64,000 nt of DNA from Candidatus Saccharimonadales bacterium (GCA_035457345.1 DATIBT010000033.1:2390-66389); one strand, 5' to 3'; numbered from the stretch's first letter, positions 1 through 10,086 are shown. The notes: generated by a model from the sequence alone, not told the origin. Numbers and translations are program-made.

Positions 1-78
1 GGCCGTAAAGTCACGAGCAAGGCGTATGGCCATTTGGGCAAACCGCCAGTCCGTCCAGACCAAATGCCGCTTACATAA
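1..78 (+). CDS. ruvB: 3' end of Holliday junction helicase RuvB (partial)
   Basis: Frame 1 reads GRKVTSKAYGHLGKPPVRPDQMPLT*, which resembles the RuvB C-terminal GRxxTxxAYxHLG motif. Only 25 aa are visible. Confidence 0.65.
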   Translation, partial: GRKVTSKAYGHLGKPPVRPDQMPLT

Positions 79-89
79 GGTAAGCGGCA
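65..89. terminator. Hairpin at convergent gene ends
   Basis: Perfect inverted repeat TGCCGCTTAC-ataag-GTAAGCGGCA overlapping the stop codon. Confidence 0.5.
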
Positions 90-146
90 AAGGTTCTGAC
101 TGAGTTTTTTGCTGAGGAGACTTTTTCTCGTCTCGCTCACCGCTCG

Positions 147-434
147 TTATCTGGCGGTATCCCCGGCCTCGGCTACGTCGGCGGAGGCTGGGGAAGTAGT
201 ACTACTCATTTTGGGTGCAAATTGAAGGGCTTTGCCGGCCGAAGCGTTTGTGTCGGTTATGACCAGTGCGCCTCCTGCTGGGTTGAGCTCGGCTTCAATT
301 TTAGCCGATGGGCTCGCCGCCTGCAGAAGGCCGGCGGTGACGCCCACTACCACGATGGCGATCGTGAGCGTACCGGCTGTAATACTCTCGAACAGGTTGT
401 TGCGGATCATTGACTTTATTTGCGTGCCTGTCAT
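147..434 (-). CDS. Small membrane-anchored protein with an IEAE...ASxGKALQF (CBM6/35-like N-terminal) segment
   Basis: N-terminal hydrophobic helix followed by KIEAELNPAGGALVITDTNASAGKALQF. Last gene of the GH5 operon, 2-nt gap to the previous gene. Confidence 0.7.
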   Translation of the reverse strand: MTGTQIKSMIRNNLFESITAGTLTIAIVVVGVTAGLLQAASPSAKIEAELNPAGGALVITDTNASAGKALQFAPKMSSTTSPASADVAEAGDTAR

Positions 435-436
435 GA

Positions 437-904
437 CTACTCCTTCACCTCAATTGTGCCTTGGAATTTTTCTGGGGAATTTGGGTCTTGGTAGGTAAAC
501 GTGCCAACAGCGTCGAACGTAAAGCTGTACGTTTCACCGTTATCTATTGGTTCGTCACTCCCGAACCCTTCCATTTCTTTAGGGGGATTGGCGGTGCTGA
601 GAGCCAGTGAGTGTGGGTTTTTATCTTGGTTTGTCCACACGACGCTTTGACCTTTTTTGACAGTGACGACTGACGGGTCAGGGCCGTTACTGGTGATTGT
701 TACCTGGGCATCTTTCTCGTTTGCGTTTGTTTCTACGCCTGCCGTTTTAACTATGACGCTTAGTGATACGCCGATGCTTATGATCGCTACTATGAGGGCG
801 ATGATGAACACTATTTTTCGTGACATAGGTTTTTTCCGCTGCTTAGTTGATGGTTCTTGCATGGTGGCCCCCTTTAGTACCGCCATAGCTGTACGTCGAG
901 CCAT
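437..904 (-). CDS. Membrane-anchored cupredoxin-like domain protein (true start probably a downstream Met)
   Basis: TM helix followed by the cupredoxin pattern PSVVTVKKGQSVVWTNQD..PH...GETYSFTF..VGTFTY. The type-1 Cu Cys/His/Met loop is absent. Confidence 0.8.
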   Translation of the reverse strand: MARRTAMAVLKGATMQEPSTKQRKKPMSRKIVFIIALIVAIISIGVSLSVIVKTAGVETNANEKDAQVTITSNGPDPSVVTVKKGQSVVWTNQDKNPHSLALSTANPPKEMEGFGSDEPIDNGETYSFTFDAVGTFTYQDPNSPEKFQGTIEVKE

Positions 905-3459
905 TTAGTTTTGCCAGGGTTCAGGCTGACGCGTTGGGTGTAGCGGTAGAAGCCCCATGCCCTGAAGGTTACGTCGTAGCGGCCGGGAGGAATGTTAGTG
1001 ATCATGTATTGACCGCGCCAGTTGGTAGTGGCTGAGTAGCGTTTATCATTTACCCATACCGTTACTCGTACCCATGGTAGCGGACGCCCGCTGCGGGACT
1101 GTACGGTTCCGCGAAGGGTACTCTTGGCTTCCGTAGCCGGTGGTTCAGAGGCGGTAGTTGCCGTCACAGTGTCGGATTTGGTGCTGTTGCCTGCTGCATC
1201 ACTGGCAGTCACGTAGTAGGTGTAGGTCATGTTGCTGGTCAGGCCGGTATCGCCAAAGGTAGTTTGGGTAGTTGTACCAATTTGTGTTGCGCTATTGCTG
1301 CCTTGTGCACGGAAGACGACATATTGCTTAACGCCTATGTTGTCTGTGCTTGCAGTCCAGCTGAGGTTAATCTGCGACTTGCTTATTGTATTTGCGCTCA
1401 ACTGAGTTGGCTTGCTCGGCGGTTGGGTGTCAGTGACTGGTGCTGCTGGCGTTGTGACCGTTGCCGCGCTTGAGGCAGCTGAACGGTTGTTGGCAGCGTC
1501 GAAGGCGGTAACTTGATAGCTGTAACTAGTGCTGCCACTCACGCCTGTATCCACGTAACTTGTGACCGGCCCAACTGTAGCGATGACGCTGCCGTTGCGG
1601 GACACCCAGTAGCCAGTAGTGGCGACATCGTCCGTGCTTGCAGTCCAGTTTACAGTGACCTTGTTTGGTGCATTGGCCACGGCAGTTACGTTACCCGGAG
1701 TGCTTGGTGCCTTGGTATCACCGTTCTTTATGATGACCGTGTTCGTGTCGGTTGCAGTGTTGCCGGATGAGTCATACGCTTTGGCGGTGACGGTGTAAGT
1801 CCCATTCGGCAGGGTAGTTGTGTCCCAGTCGTATTTGTATGGTGAGCTGGTGTTGGTCGACTTAAGCACGTTTTGTACGTATAGTTCAACTTTGCTTATG
1901 CCGGTGTCGTCGGTCGCGTTAGCGGCAAGGGCAGTGGTACCTGCTACGGTGCTCCCGTCGGCCGGCGCGGTTATGGTGACGACCGGAATGGTTGTGTCAC
2001 CGGCAGCGCTACAGTGGCTAATGTCGCCTTTGTCTTTTGGTACACAGTTTTGGTCGGCAATGGCCATAACCGTGTCGAGCTTAACATTTGGTTCACGACC
2101 GATAAGCTTGAAGGTGTGGGTGCCGGCGCTAAGGGTTGCATTAATCTTTGCGGTGGTGGTGCCGTTTTGGTAATCTACCCAGCTCCAGGTATTGGTGGTG
2201 GTAGAGGCATCACCGACTACGTAACAGTTAGATCCGTCAACTTCTAGGAAGTATGAGTTGTTAGTGGTGTCGGGTGCGCTTACACGGCTCCAGATCCGAT
2301 AGGTACCGGCAGTGGTAACGGAGAAGGTGCTGCTGGCGGTACCGTAGTTGCTCGTGGCTTTACAGTTGGTGGGTGGTGTGGGGGTAGGGGTGGGCGTTGG
2401 AGTTGGTGTGGGGGTAGGGGTGGTGACAATACCGCTAATTTTGTAATTGCTGACCATAGTGGCCGCTGGACTGCCAGGGAAAATTGACCAAGAATTACTG
2501 TAATTGCCCTGACCGTAGTTCCAAGGGAGTACGCCGGATGCTCCAGCAGCAAGGTATCCGTCAAAACGCTTCTTTAGGAAATCCGCGTAGGCCTGCCCAG
2601 TTAACATACCATTTTCGTTCCAAGGGTCACCTACTTCACCCACCATGATGGGCTTATTCAAGGCGTTCGCAACCCCGAGTACCGCCGGCCAGTGGTTGGA
2701 AAGTGTACCGCCGTCGTACTCATGGAAACTGACAACATCAATATTAGAGCTGCTATGGATTGCCTGGTAGCCCGATGTACCACCATAGGTATATTCTGCC
2801 AAGGCTCCCGTACTTACCAGGTGTTGAGGGTCAATGCCCTTAATCACGGCAGATACATCGTCGTAATACGGCTTCATGATAGATGTAGATAGGTTGAGCG
2901 GGTGACCGCCTTCATTTGAGATCTCCCACATACCCACGGCCGGTGAATTCTTGTACTTTGCTACAGTTGTCTTCACCCAGTTCATGTAAGTACCCTTGTA
3001 CGTTGACTGGAAGAAGGTAGCACCCAGGCTCGCTCCTGTGTCCTTGGGGTATCCGTTAGTCTGCCCTTCGCAGTTCATAAGGCCATTACCCAGGGTCATT
3101 ATCACTTTCTGATTGTGGTTGGTGGCACTTTGTATGATGTAGTCCAGATTTGAGCTACGTTCCTGGAAGGCCCATGTGCGGGTCATACTGGCCGGCGGCA
3201 ACGACTTAAAGTAGTTGTCAATCGCCGTATTCGACCACGGTCCGCTTTCACAACCGGTCATGCCGTACGCATTGAAGCCTACAAATTTATATGGTGCACC
3301 GTTAAGCATCATCGTCTTACCGTTACGGTAGACGAAGTTAGCCGGTGCCGCTGCCGCGTTTTTGGCATTAAATAGTACTGACCAGCCGGTGATTATACCG
3401 GCGGCAAGCACTACAACGCCCAATCCAATCTTGAGACGTGCCGTGATTTTGTTTGCCAT
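874..3459 (-). CDS. Secreted multidomain GH5 glycoside hydrolase (mannanase-like): PT linker, CBM-like, Ig-like, 2x Fn3 and carboxypeptidase-regulatory-like domains
   Basis: Signal/TM segment; GFNAY, RTWAF, WEISNE (acid/base), VSFHEY and KPIMVGEVG (nucleophile) GH5 motifs; (PT)n linker; DTxAPSxP...WTASTDxxxVxxY Fn3 repeats. Confidence 0.9.
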   Translation of the reverse strand: MANKITARLKIGLGVVVLAAGIITGWSVLFNAKNAAAAPANFVYRNGKTMMLNGAPYKFVGFNAYGMTGCESGPWSNTAIDNYFKSLPPASMTRTWAFQERSSNLDYIIQSATNHNQKVIMTLGNGLMNCEGQTNGYPKDTGASLGATFFQSTYKGTYMNWVKTTVAKYKNSPAVGMWEISNEGGHPLNLSTSIMKPYYDDVSAVIKGIDPQHLVSTGALAEYTYGGTSGYQAIHSSSNIDVVSFHEYDGGTLSNHWPAVLGVANALNKPIMVGEVGDPWNENGMLTGQAYADFLKKRFDGYLAAGASGVLPWNYGQGNYSNSWSIFPGSPAATMVSNYKISGIVTTPTPTPTPTPTPTPTPPTNCKATSNYGTASSTFSVTTAGTYRIWSRVSAPDTTNNSYFLEVDGSNCYVVGDASTTTNTWSWVDYQNGTTTAKINATLSAGTHTFKLIGREPNVKLDTVMAIADQNCVPKDKGDISHCSAAGDTTIPVVTITAPADGSTVAGTTALAANATDDTGISKVELYVQNVLKSTNTSSPYKYDWDTTTLPNGTYTVTAKAYDSSGNTATDTNTVIIKNGDTKAPSTPGNVTAVANAPNKVTVNWTASTDDVATTGYWVSRNGSVIATVGPVTSYVDTGVSGSTSYSYQVTAFDAANNRSAASSAATVTTPAAPVTDTQPPSKPTQLSANTISKSQINLSWTASTDNIGVKQYVVFRAQGSNSATQIGTTTQTTFGDTGLTSNMTYTYYVTASDAAGNSTKSDTVTATTASEPPATEAKSTLRGTVQSRSGRPLPWVRVTVWVNDKRYSATTNWRGQYMITNIPPGRYDVTFRAWGFYRYTQRVSLNPGKTKWLDVQLWRY
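2368..2424 (-). repeat. Pro-Thr linker repeat within the GH5 gene
   Basis: GGTGTGGGGGTAGGGGTGG occurs twice and the stretch encodes TPTPTPTPTPTPTPTPPT. Confidence 0.85.
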
Positions 3460-3488
3460 AGTGTTCCTTTTTACTTTTTTTCGCCTTA

Positions 3489-3499
3489 CGCTTATGCTT
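3489..3499 (-). promoter_or_regulatory. AA(C/G/T)CATAAGCG motif upstream of the GH5 operon
   Basis: CGCTTATGCTT on +; one of five exact intergenic copies. Confidence 0.6.
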
Positions 3500-3549
3500 G
3501 AGTATGCTTTTGTGGATTGTGTCTGTCAAGTCATGCATAATAGATAATT

Positions 3550-4191
3550 ATGAATAGCCGACTCGTACTACTATTATTACGACCTTCCATTGTGAGCGGA
3601 ATGGCCACTTTGACGGCGGCGGCGGCGGTAATTGGCGCTGCAAACTGGACATATATAACGTATACTTCAGGACTTTACGACTTTTTCTTTGGACGTTCTG
3701 GCTTAGTTACTGCACTCGAGGCCGCCCCTGACCTTGAAGCGCCAACTGCCGCTGCCCAGTCGCCTCTCTATGTGATTATGGTCGCCGTCATTGCTGTTGG
3801 CGGTGGGATTTTGGTCTTTTCTCTGCTTCATTTTATTCATGGGCTTATGCGCCGCGCGTCCGAACATCAAACGACCCAGCTTGAGATATATCGCCGGCGC
3901 GTACTGCGCCAAGAGTTCGGCTCGCGCTTGCTTTCTCGGGCATTAATTTTGGTATGTTGGGTCGGTTATATGGTGGTCTTTCTACAGTGGATGGTGCCCT
4001 ATGGCATCTTATGGTCACGCGTTGGCGCCGAAGATCTCATGTCGACAGAAGGCTGGATTCAGAACGGCACTGCCTTTGCCCTTATTGCAATTGGCTTGCA
4101 TATACACATAATTATGGCGCGGCTTTTTGTTATGCGTCCCCGTGTATTTGGTGGCGAGGCGGCCATAGAAGATGCACTTTCTGGACGCTAA
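3550..4191 (+). CDS. Multi-pass membrane protein, unknown function
   Basis: 213-aa ORF with about 4 hydrophobic helices. Confidence 0.75.
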   Translation: MNSRLVLLLLRPSIVSGMATLTAAAAVIGAANWTYITYTSGLYDFFFGRSGLVTALEAAPDLEAPTAAAQSPLYVIMVAVIAVGGGILVFSLLHFIHGLMRRASEHQTTQLEIYRRRVLRQEFGSRLLSRALILVCWVGYMVVFLQWMVPYGILWSRVGAEDLMSTEGWIQNGTAFALIAIGLHIHIIMARLFVMRPRVFGGEAAIEDALSGR

Positions 4192-4225
4192 GCAGTATAA
4201 TGTAGGGTAGTAAAAAGGAATTCCT

Positions 4226-4930
4226 GTGGCATCAACTTCAGCGCCTAAAAAGTCAGAGGGGCAGCCTACATATGCTTCTCAAGTCGGTATAAATCATGCA
4301 ACGCATCCCCCTCATCAGATAACTCCTGAGCAGCTGGCAAAGCATAAAGACTCCAAAGCAAAATATCCCCAGTTGCCCCTTTCGCAAGGTGAATATGTCA
4401 TTGAGGAAGTACGCCGGCACCCTATTGGCATCCTCTCCATTTGGTTTATTACGATATTGCTTATTGGGGTTGCATTTGCTGCAGTGGCGCTGTATGGCAT
4501 GAACCGTGACTATATTGCCGGGTTGTTCATGGTAGTGCCCGATACGCTCCCGAGTGCCGCCATCTTAACGGTCCCAGCTCTTATACTGAGTGCGTTTTTT
4601 GCGCTCGGCGGTATTATTGCCACTATTGTGTACGAAGGCAACCGCTTTTATATTACGAACGAAAGCATTGTGCAATTACTGCAGCCAAGCCTGTTTAACA
4701 CAAAGCAGCAGGTGGTTAATCTTATTAATGTGGAAGATGCCAGTAGTGAGCAGGTTAACATTATTGAACAGATTTTGAACTACGGCACCATTCACCTCTC
4801 AACACAAGGTGAACAAACACGGTATCAGTTTAGATTCGTTGCTAATCCAAAACGGGTCACTCAGTCGGTGAACGACGCGGCTGAACGCGCCGTCCGCGTA
4901 TTGCAGGGCTACCCGATTGGCGAATTCTAG
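4226..4930 (+). CDS. Membrane protein with bacterial PH (bPH_2-like) domain
   Basis: GEYVIEEVRRHP, two TM helices, then FYITNE...Q..IEQILNYGTI. Upstream TATAAT and AAGGA. Confidence 0.8.
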   Translation: MASTSAPKKSEGQPTYASQVGINHATHPPHQITPEQLAKHKDSKAKYPQLPLSQGEYVIEEVRRHPIGILSIWFITILLIGVAFAAVALYGMNRDYIAGLFMVVPDTLPSAAILTVPALILSAFFALGGIIATIVYEGNRFYITNESIVQLLQPSLFNTKQQVVNLINVEDASSEQVNIIEQILNYGTIHLSTQGEQTRYQFRFVANPKRVTQSVNDAAERAVRVLQGYPIGEF

Positions 4931-4933
4931 CCG

Positions 4934-5326
4934 CTATTTGTTGCGGCTATTTTTGGTGAAGTCGGCTTCTGCTTCTAAGTTTGCGGTCAAGATGTAGCTT
5001 TTGCATTTGCCGTCTTTGCAGTCTTTTGGTTCGTAGCGGTAATCGCTGCCGTAGTCGCCAACGGTAATGCCGCGAGGATCTTTGAGGATTTGCGGGTCGA
5101 CGCCTTTAAGGCCATCTGCCGTCAGTTTTTCTGGGTATGTTTTGTTGGCGGGATAGTATACATCTTCTAGGTTGTAGTACAGCTGATTGATGGCGGTTTT
5201 GCGGTCGCTGTCACGCTTGGCAACCTCTAAGTCACGCTTTTGGACATAAAAAATCGTGCCAGCGATCAGTAAAAAGACGATGGCAATAATGAGTTCGAGT
5301 ACGGTAAATCCGCGCTGTTTGGTCAT
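4934..5326 (-). CDS. Type IV pilin / pseudopilin-like protein
   Basis: Class III signal QRG|FTVLELII; GspG-like DPRG..YRY motif. Confidence 0.85.
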   Translation of the reverse strand: MTKQRGFTVLELIIAIVFLLIAGTIFYVQKRDLEVAKRDSDRKTAINQLYYNLEDVYYPANKTYPEKLTADGLKGVDPQILKDPRGITVGDYGSDYRYEPKDCKDGKCKSYILTANLEAEADFTKNSRNK

Positions 5327-5445
5327 GCTGTGGCTCCTTATTTCCTCCTATTGTATACCACTAGTCGCTGCTTGTGTATTGACATCTCATGCGTCGACGG
5401 GATAAGCATAATACCGTATAATTAATATGGTAAAAGTGAGGGAAT

Positions 5446-6501
5446 ATGGCAGAATCTACCAAAAAATCGACCGACGCTCCGAAGACCGCTGACGCTAAGA
5501 ACACTGCGAACGACGCCAAGCTAAAAGCGCTTGGCCTGGCGATGGAGCAAATAGAAAAGCAATTTGGCACCGGTGCTATTATGCGTCTGGGCGAGCAAAA
5601 GCATGCTGATGTTGAATTTATTAGCGCCGGGGCGCTTAGCCTTGATTTGGCACTTGGCGGTGGGTATCCTAAGGGGCGAATCATTGAAGTATATGGGCCG
5701 GAAAGTTCCGGCAAAACGACGCTTACCCTGCACGCAATTGCTGAGGTGCAAAAAATGGGCGGTACGGCGGCGTTCATTGACGCTGAGCACGCACTCGATC
5801 CGGCCTACGCCCGCAAACTTGGCGTAGACACTAATTCGCTGCTGGTGAGCCAGCCAGACAATGGTGAGCAAGCCCTTGAGATTGTTGATTCATTGGTGCG
5901 CAGCAACGCTGTAGATCTGATTGTAGTTGACTCAGTTGCGGCGCTTACCCCGCAGGCTGAAATTGAGGGTGAAATGGGCGACAGCCATATGGGTCTGCAG
6001 GCACGCTTAATGAGCCAAGCGCTGCGTAAATTGACGGGTGTGATTAATAAGAGCAAAGCCACGGTGATGTTTATCAACCAAATTCGCATGAAGATTGGCG
6101 TGATGTTCGGCAACCCAGAAACGACCACTGGTGGTAACGCGCTTAAGTTTTACGCCAGTGTGCGTCTCGATATTCGCCGCACCGGCCAAATTAAGGTTGG
6201 CGAGGATGTTATTGGTAACCGCACCAAAGTAAAGGTGGTCAAAAATAAGATTGCACCACCATTCCGTAGCGCTGAGTTCGACATAATGTACGGCGAAGGT
6301 ATTAGCCGCACGGGCGATGTACTTGATCTGGCCGTAGCGCACGGCGTGGTAGATAAAGCAGGTGCGTGGTTCTCGTACAAAGACGGCAAAATCGGCCAAG
6401 GCCGCGAAGCGTCTAAGGCGTACCTGAAGGATAATCCTAAGGTGATGGATGAAATAGATAAGGCTGTCCGCCAAAAGGTGGTCGCCGAAGAAGCGCTGTA
6501 A
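5446..6501 (+). CDS. recA: Recombinase RecA
   Basis: GPESSGKT Walker [19 protein letters not shown] and GGNALKFY motifs. Confidence 0.99.
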   Translation: MAESTKKSTDAPKTADAKNTANDAKLKALGLAMEQIEKQFGTGAIMRLGEQKHADVEFISAGALSLDLALGGGYPKGRIIEVYGPESSGKTTLTLHAIAEVQKMGGTAAFIDAEHALDPAYARKLGVDTNSLLVSQPDNGEQALEIVDSLVRSNAVDLIVVDSVAALTPQAEIEGEMGDSHMGLQARLMSQALRKLTGVINKSKATVMFINQIRMKIGVMFGNPETTTGGNALKFYASVRLDIRRTGQIKVGEDVIGNRTKVKVVKNKIAPPFRSAEFDIMYGEGISRTGDVLDLAVAHGVVDKAGAWFSYKDGKIGQGREASKAYLKDNPKVMDEIDKAVRQKVVAEEAL

Positions 6502-6526
6502 TGAGCGTGCGGCTCGAGACCGGCCA

Positions 6527-7129
6527 GTGAAGATTACGGCTATTAAAGCGCAGGTAAAAAATCCTGAACGCCTAAGTGTTTATGTGGACGAGAAATTTGC
6601 CTTTTCACTCAATTACATGCAGCTGCTCGATGAGAAGCTGCATGCCGGCCTCAATATAGATGAAGCGCGTCTTGCAACCCTCAAACACTTAAGCGATTTT
6701 GGCAAAGCATACGAACGGGCGCTCATGTTCGCCATGATCCGTCCTCGCTCCGTACAAGAGATGCATGACTACGCCCGTCGTAAAAAGTGGGCGCCAGAAG
6801 ATGCGGAGGCGATTGTTGATAAACTTTTGGCTAAGAAGTACCTCGATGACAGACGTTTTGCCCGTGCCTGGATAGAAAACCGTGCGCTCGGCAAAAAGAC
6901 GAGCCAGCGTAAATTACGTTTGGAGCTAAAGCAGAAAGGTGTATCTGAGTCTATTATCACAGAAGTATTGCAACAGGCTAATTACAGTGATACCGTCGCC
7001 CTCAAGCAGCTCATAGTTAAAAAACGTAAGCTAGTCAGGTATGCTCAAGATGAACAAAAACTTGTGCAGTACCTGGCGCGGCTGGGGTTCGGATTTGATG
7101 ATATTAAGAACGCGCTTCAGGATGAGTAG
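6527..7129 (+). CDS. recX: Regulatory protein RecX
   Basis: Directly follows recA; YLDDRRFARAW, ELKQKGV and YLARLGF RecX repeats. Confidence 0.9.
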   Translation: MKITAIKAQVKNPERLSVYVDEKFAFSLNYMQLLDEKLHAGLNIDEARLATLKHLSDFGKAYERALMFAMIRPRSVQEMHDYARRKKWAPEDAEAIVDKLLAKKYLDDRRFARAWIENRALGKKTSQRKLRLELKQKGVSESIITEVLQQANYSDTVALKQLIVKKRKLVRYAQDEQKLVQYLARLGFGFDDIKNALQDE

Positions 7130-7718
7130 TGCTCGAGGGTGACGCCGGGCGCGGCACCTCGGGCGGTACGCGCCGGCGTTTGAACGGATTTGTCACCAGG
7201 TGTTCTAATTTTTTGGCTGGAGCCGCATCGTGCACGACAGCCCCGCGCACAATAACGGCCGTATCCGTCACTTCGATAATCTGCGTTCGACTAATTATCA
7301 CTTCCACAGTGCCCCAAGCCTGCATAAACCCAGGCTGAACGTGTAATTGCATAATAAAGAACGATTTTGTGTCTACGGTGTAATTAGCAACTTTGCCGAC
7401 CTTGCGCCCATTCTCTTCAACGACCTGTTTGCCCTCAAGCGTAAAGTTGTAACTAATGATTGTTTTAAGGCGAACAAGATCATCCGGCGACATAAGTGTA
7501 TCTGCGTCGTCGACAATAAAACCTAAGTCGCTAACTTCGCGGATATCGTCAATAGTTAAGATTGCCGGATTTACGTCCAGGGTAGGTCCTTGGCAGTAAA
7601 AAGCGACGATTTTTAGTTCGCGCGGGTCAATTATTGAGGTCTGAGTGCGAGCAAGTTCTGCACCCGTTTGAAGGCTCATGACGGGTATGTTCAAAATGCG
7701 CTCTTTTAGTACAAGCAT
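7104..7718 (-). CDS. PRC-barrel domain protein
   Basis: Two PRC-like repeats (IPVMSLQTGAEL; GKQVVEENGRKVGKV). TATAAT lies 6 nt before the ATG. Confidence 0.8.
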   Translation of the reverse strand: MLVLKERILNIPVMSLQTGAELARTQTSIIDPRELKIVAFYCQGPTLDVNPAILTIDDIREVSDLGFIVDDADTLMSPDDLVRLKTIISYNFTLEGKQVVEENGRKVGKVANYTVDTKSFFIMQLHVQPGFMQAWGTVEVIISRTQIIEVTDTAVIVRGAVVHDAAPAKKLEHLVTNPFKRRRVPPEVPRPASPSSTTHPEARS

Positions 7719-7809
7719 GCTCTTATTATACCCGTACTATTTTTATCGCACCTGTGGAAAACTTGGTACTTTACAGACAGACGCAAACAAGTTCATACTT
7801 CGCGGCATC

Positions 7810-9237
7810 ATGAAACGATTTTACCTATTTGCCCTGATTATTACCGTAATATGCAGTCATGCTTCGCCGGTTGCCGCAGAAGAAGACTTATCATCCCATG
7901 TCGTCATTGCGGCAGTTCAGACCGGCAAGACAGAGGCTACTGGCGAAGATTATGTAGAAATCTATAATCCCACGACAGCCGCTTTAGATGTAACGGGTTG
8001 GAAACTTCAGTATCGTGCCGCTAATGCAAAGGGGGCGAACGGGTGGGCGACGAAGCGTACTGTTGCCTGCCTAGAACCTGTGGCTGTTAATCCATGCATT
8101 GTCACTATTAAACCTCACGACAGATTGCTTTTTGCCACTTACGACATAGCCGGCATAGCCGAGCAGCCACTCGCGACTGGCTTTAATGATGCGGGCGGTC
8201 AGCTGCGATTGGTCGATAATGCGGGTACGGTGCAAGACATGCTTGGCTACGGTACGGCGTTAGAAGCGGAGCAAGCTCAACCGGCTCCGGCACCACCGCT
8301 TGGCCTCGCTTTGCTCCGCAAGAGCAATGAGGGGCATATTGTCGATACCGATAATAATGCCGGTGACTTCCTGGTCGGCTGCTACATGCCCATGCCACCA
8401 GGAGAGGTCTTGCCTGCGGGCCCGCCGGTTACGCAGCCTTGTCCTGTCATTCCTAACGAAGATGATGAGCAGCAAGAGGCGAGCGGCGTGAGCCCTGCGA
8501 CGACTGAAACGCCGCCCTCTGACCCGCAAAAGCCGTATCCACAACTATTTATAACTGAGTTGCTTCCAGACCCCGCTAGTCCACAGACGGATAGCGACGA
8601 TGAGTTTATTGAGCTCTACAACCCTTTTGGCGATCCCGTTGACGCCACAGGCTATATGCTTGAGGGTGGTAGTGACTTCCGTTACCACTTTACGCTTAGC
8701 GGTGTTATTGTGCCTGCGGGCGGCTATGTTGCCATACCATCTTCCGAGTCACATATTAGCCTTGCAAACAGTGGTACGTTGGTGCGCTTAGTGAACCCGG
8801 CCGGCGAAATCGTGGACACGGTTGCAAATTACGGTTCCGCTAAAAGCGGTCAGTCATGGGCCAAAGTGGATGGGGTATGGCAGTGGACGACAAGCCCAAC
8901 ACCGGGCGGTGCAAATGTAATAGTTGTGCCCGCAGTGCCTGTTGCTGCTAAAAAAGCAGCCGCCAAACCTGCCGTCTCAAAAACGAGCAAAATCGCCAAG
9001 GCTTCTACCGGCGCCACTAAAGCGGCAAAGACCACTGCAGCCGCTGCGTCAATTGGCGCTAATAAAAATCAAGGTGACGGAAACGGCTTTTCTTATTGGC
9101 TACTTGCACCAATTGGCGCACTCGCTGTGGGCTATATAGGCTACGAATACCGCCACGACATCGTACGTTTGTGGCACAAAGCAAAACAAGCCGTAAGTGG
9201 CAAGAAAGGCTCAGAGCCTACTCCGCAAACGGATTAA
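7810..9237 (+). CDS. Secreted lamin-tail-domain protein with C-terminal membrane anchor
   Basis: Signal peptide MKRFYLFALII; two LTDs (DYVEIYNPT; ITELLPDP..DEFIELYNP; TPGGAN); C-terminal TM helix. Confidence 0.85.
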   Translation: MKRFYLFALIITVICSHASPVAAEEDLSSHVVIAAVQTGKTEATGEDYVEIYNPTTAALDVTGWKLQYRAANAKGANGWATKRTVACLEPVAVNPCIVTIKPHDRLLFATYDIAGIAEQPLATGFNDAGGQLRLVDNAGTVQDMLGYGTALEAEQAQPAPAPPLGLALLRKSNEGHIVDTDNNAGDFLVGCYMPMPPGEVLPAGPPVTQPCPVIPNEDDEQQEASGVSPATTETPPSDPQKPYPQLFITELLPDPASPQTDSDDEFIELYNPFGDPVDATGYMLEGGSDFRYHFTLSGVIVPAGGYVAIPSSESHISLANSGTLVRLVNPAGEIVDTVANYGSAKSGQSWAKVDGVWQWTTSPTPGGANVIVVPAVPVAAKKAAAKPAVSKTSKIAKASTGATKAAKTTAAAASIGANKNQGDGNGFSYWLLAPIGALAVGYIGYEYRHDIVRLWHKAKQAVSGKKGSEPTPQTD

Positions 9238-9532
9238 TGCGGCCAGTTGGGAATGGCTTGGTCTGCCCGGTATTGTCAGTCGATTTTTGCAAGGTCTTAA
9301 TCTTGTTAATGGTGTCGGTGGTGGTCTTATTAAATTTGCTGCCTATTGTTGCCTGGAATTGTTTGCCCTTGTACTCTTCATCTGTTGGGCTATTAAGTGT
9401 TTGATTGACGGTGTAAATAACGCCAGCTACTGTACTCAAAAGCAAAACGGTCACAATAAAGTAGTGATGCCGGACGAGGGGCTTAAGCTTACTTAGGTAG
9501 GTTAGGATGGCTGGTGGGATGGTGAACTTCAT
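9218..9532 (-). CDS. Pilus-operon single-TM protein (PilP position)
   Basis: Follows pilO-like gene; one TM helix; ends in GRINPF. Confidence 0.65.
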   Translation of the reverse strand: MKFTIPPAILTYLSKLKPLVRHHYFIVTVLLLSTVAGVIYTVNQTLNSPTDEEYKGKQFQATIGSKFNKTTTDTINKIKTLQKSTDNTGQTKPFPTGRINPFAE

Positions 9533-9534
9533 AG

Positions 9535-10086
9535 CTAGCTCTTTAAATACACCTCGCAACTAAGCGACGGGTTACTAATTTTGTTTGGGTCCTTGTCTGG
9601 CGCGAGGGTAAGGCTGGTGACTTGAATTTTGGTTAGGTTACCTTCGAGATCGCGCAAAAAGTTTAAGAAGGTGACATAAGCGAGCGGCCCTTTAAGGGAT
9701 ACAGTGAATGGCGTCTTTTTTGCGCCGTTAGTTGCAGCTGCATTTTTATTGGTCGTAGAGAAGTCGAAGGTATTTACCTGTATGCCATAGCGCGCCGCGT
9801 AATCGGCCACATCTTTAATGACCTGGTCCTGGTATTGGTATTGGGCACTAGTGGCGGCAATTTGTTTTGCCCGATCTACAATGTCCTTCTGATCTTCAAG
9901 TTGTTTTTTGAGCTGCTTAAGCTGCTGTAACTCTGTGCCACTTAGGTCGGCGTCGGTCCTTGCGTGGTCGGTTTCACGGACTTTTTCGGCGAGCATACCC
10001 TGCACCCACCACACGCCAGCGCCAAAACTAGCCAATAGCACGACAACCAAGCCAATCAACATGTAGCGGAGTTTAGTGGCTGTCAT
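9535..10086 (-). CDS. pilO: PilO-like alignment protein
   Basis: TM, coiled coil, then YVTFLNFLRDLE...IQVTSLTL; operon position after pilN. Confidence 0.75.
   Translation of the reverse strand: MTATKLRYMLIGLVVVLLASFGAGVWWVQGMLAEKVRETDHARTDADLSGTELQQLKQLKKQLEDQKDIVDRAKQIAATSAQYQYQDQVIKDVADYAARYGIQVNTFDFSTTNKNAAATNGAKKTPFTVSLKGPLAYVTFLNFLRDLEGNLTKIQVTSLTLAPDKDPNKISNPSLSCEVYLKS

Noticed and set aside
7810-9237. Lamin-tail protein as the sortase substrate
   Set aside because: It has a C-terminal TM and basic tail but no LPxTG-like motif.
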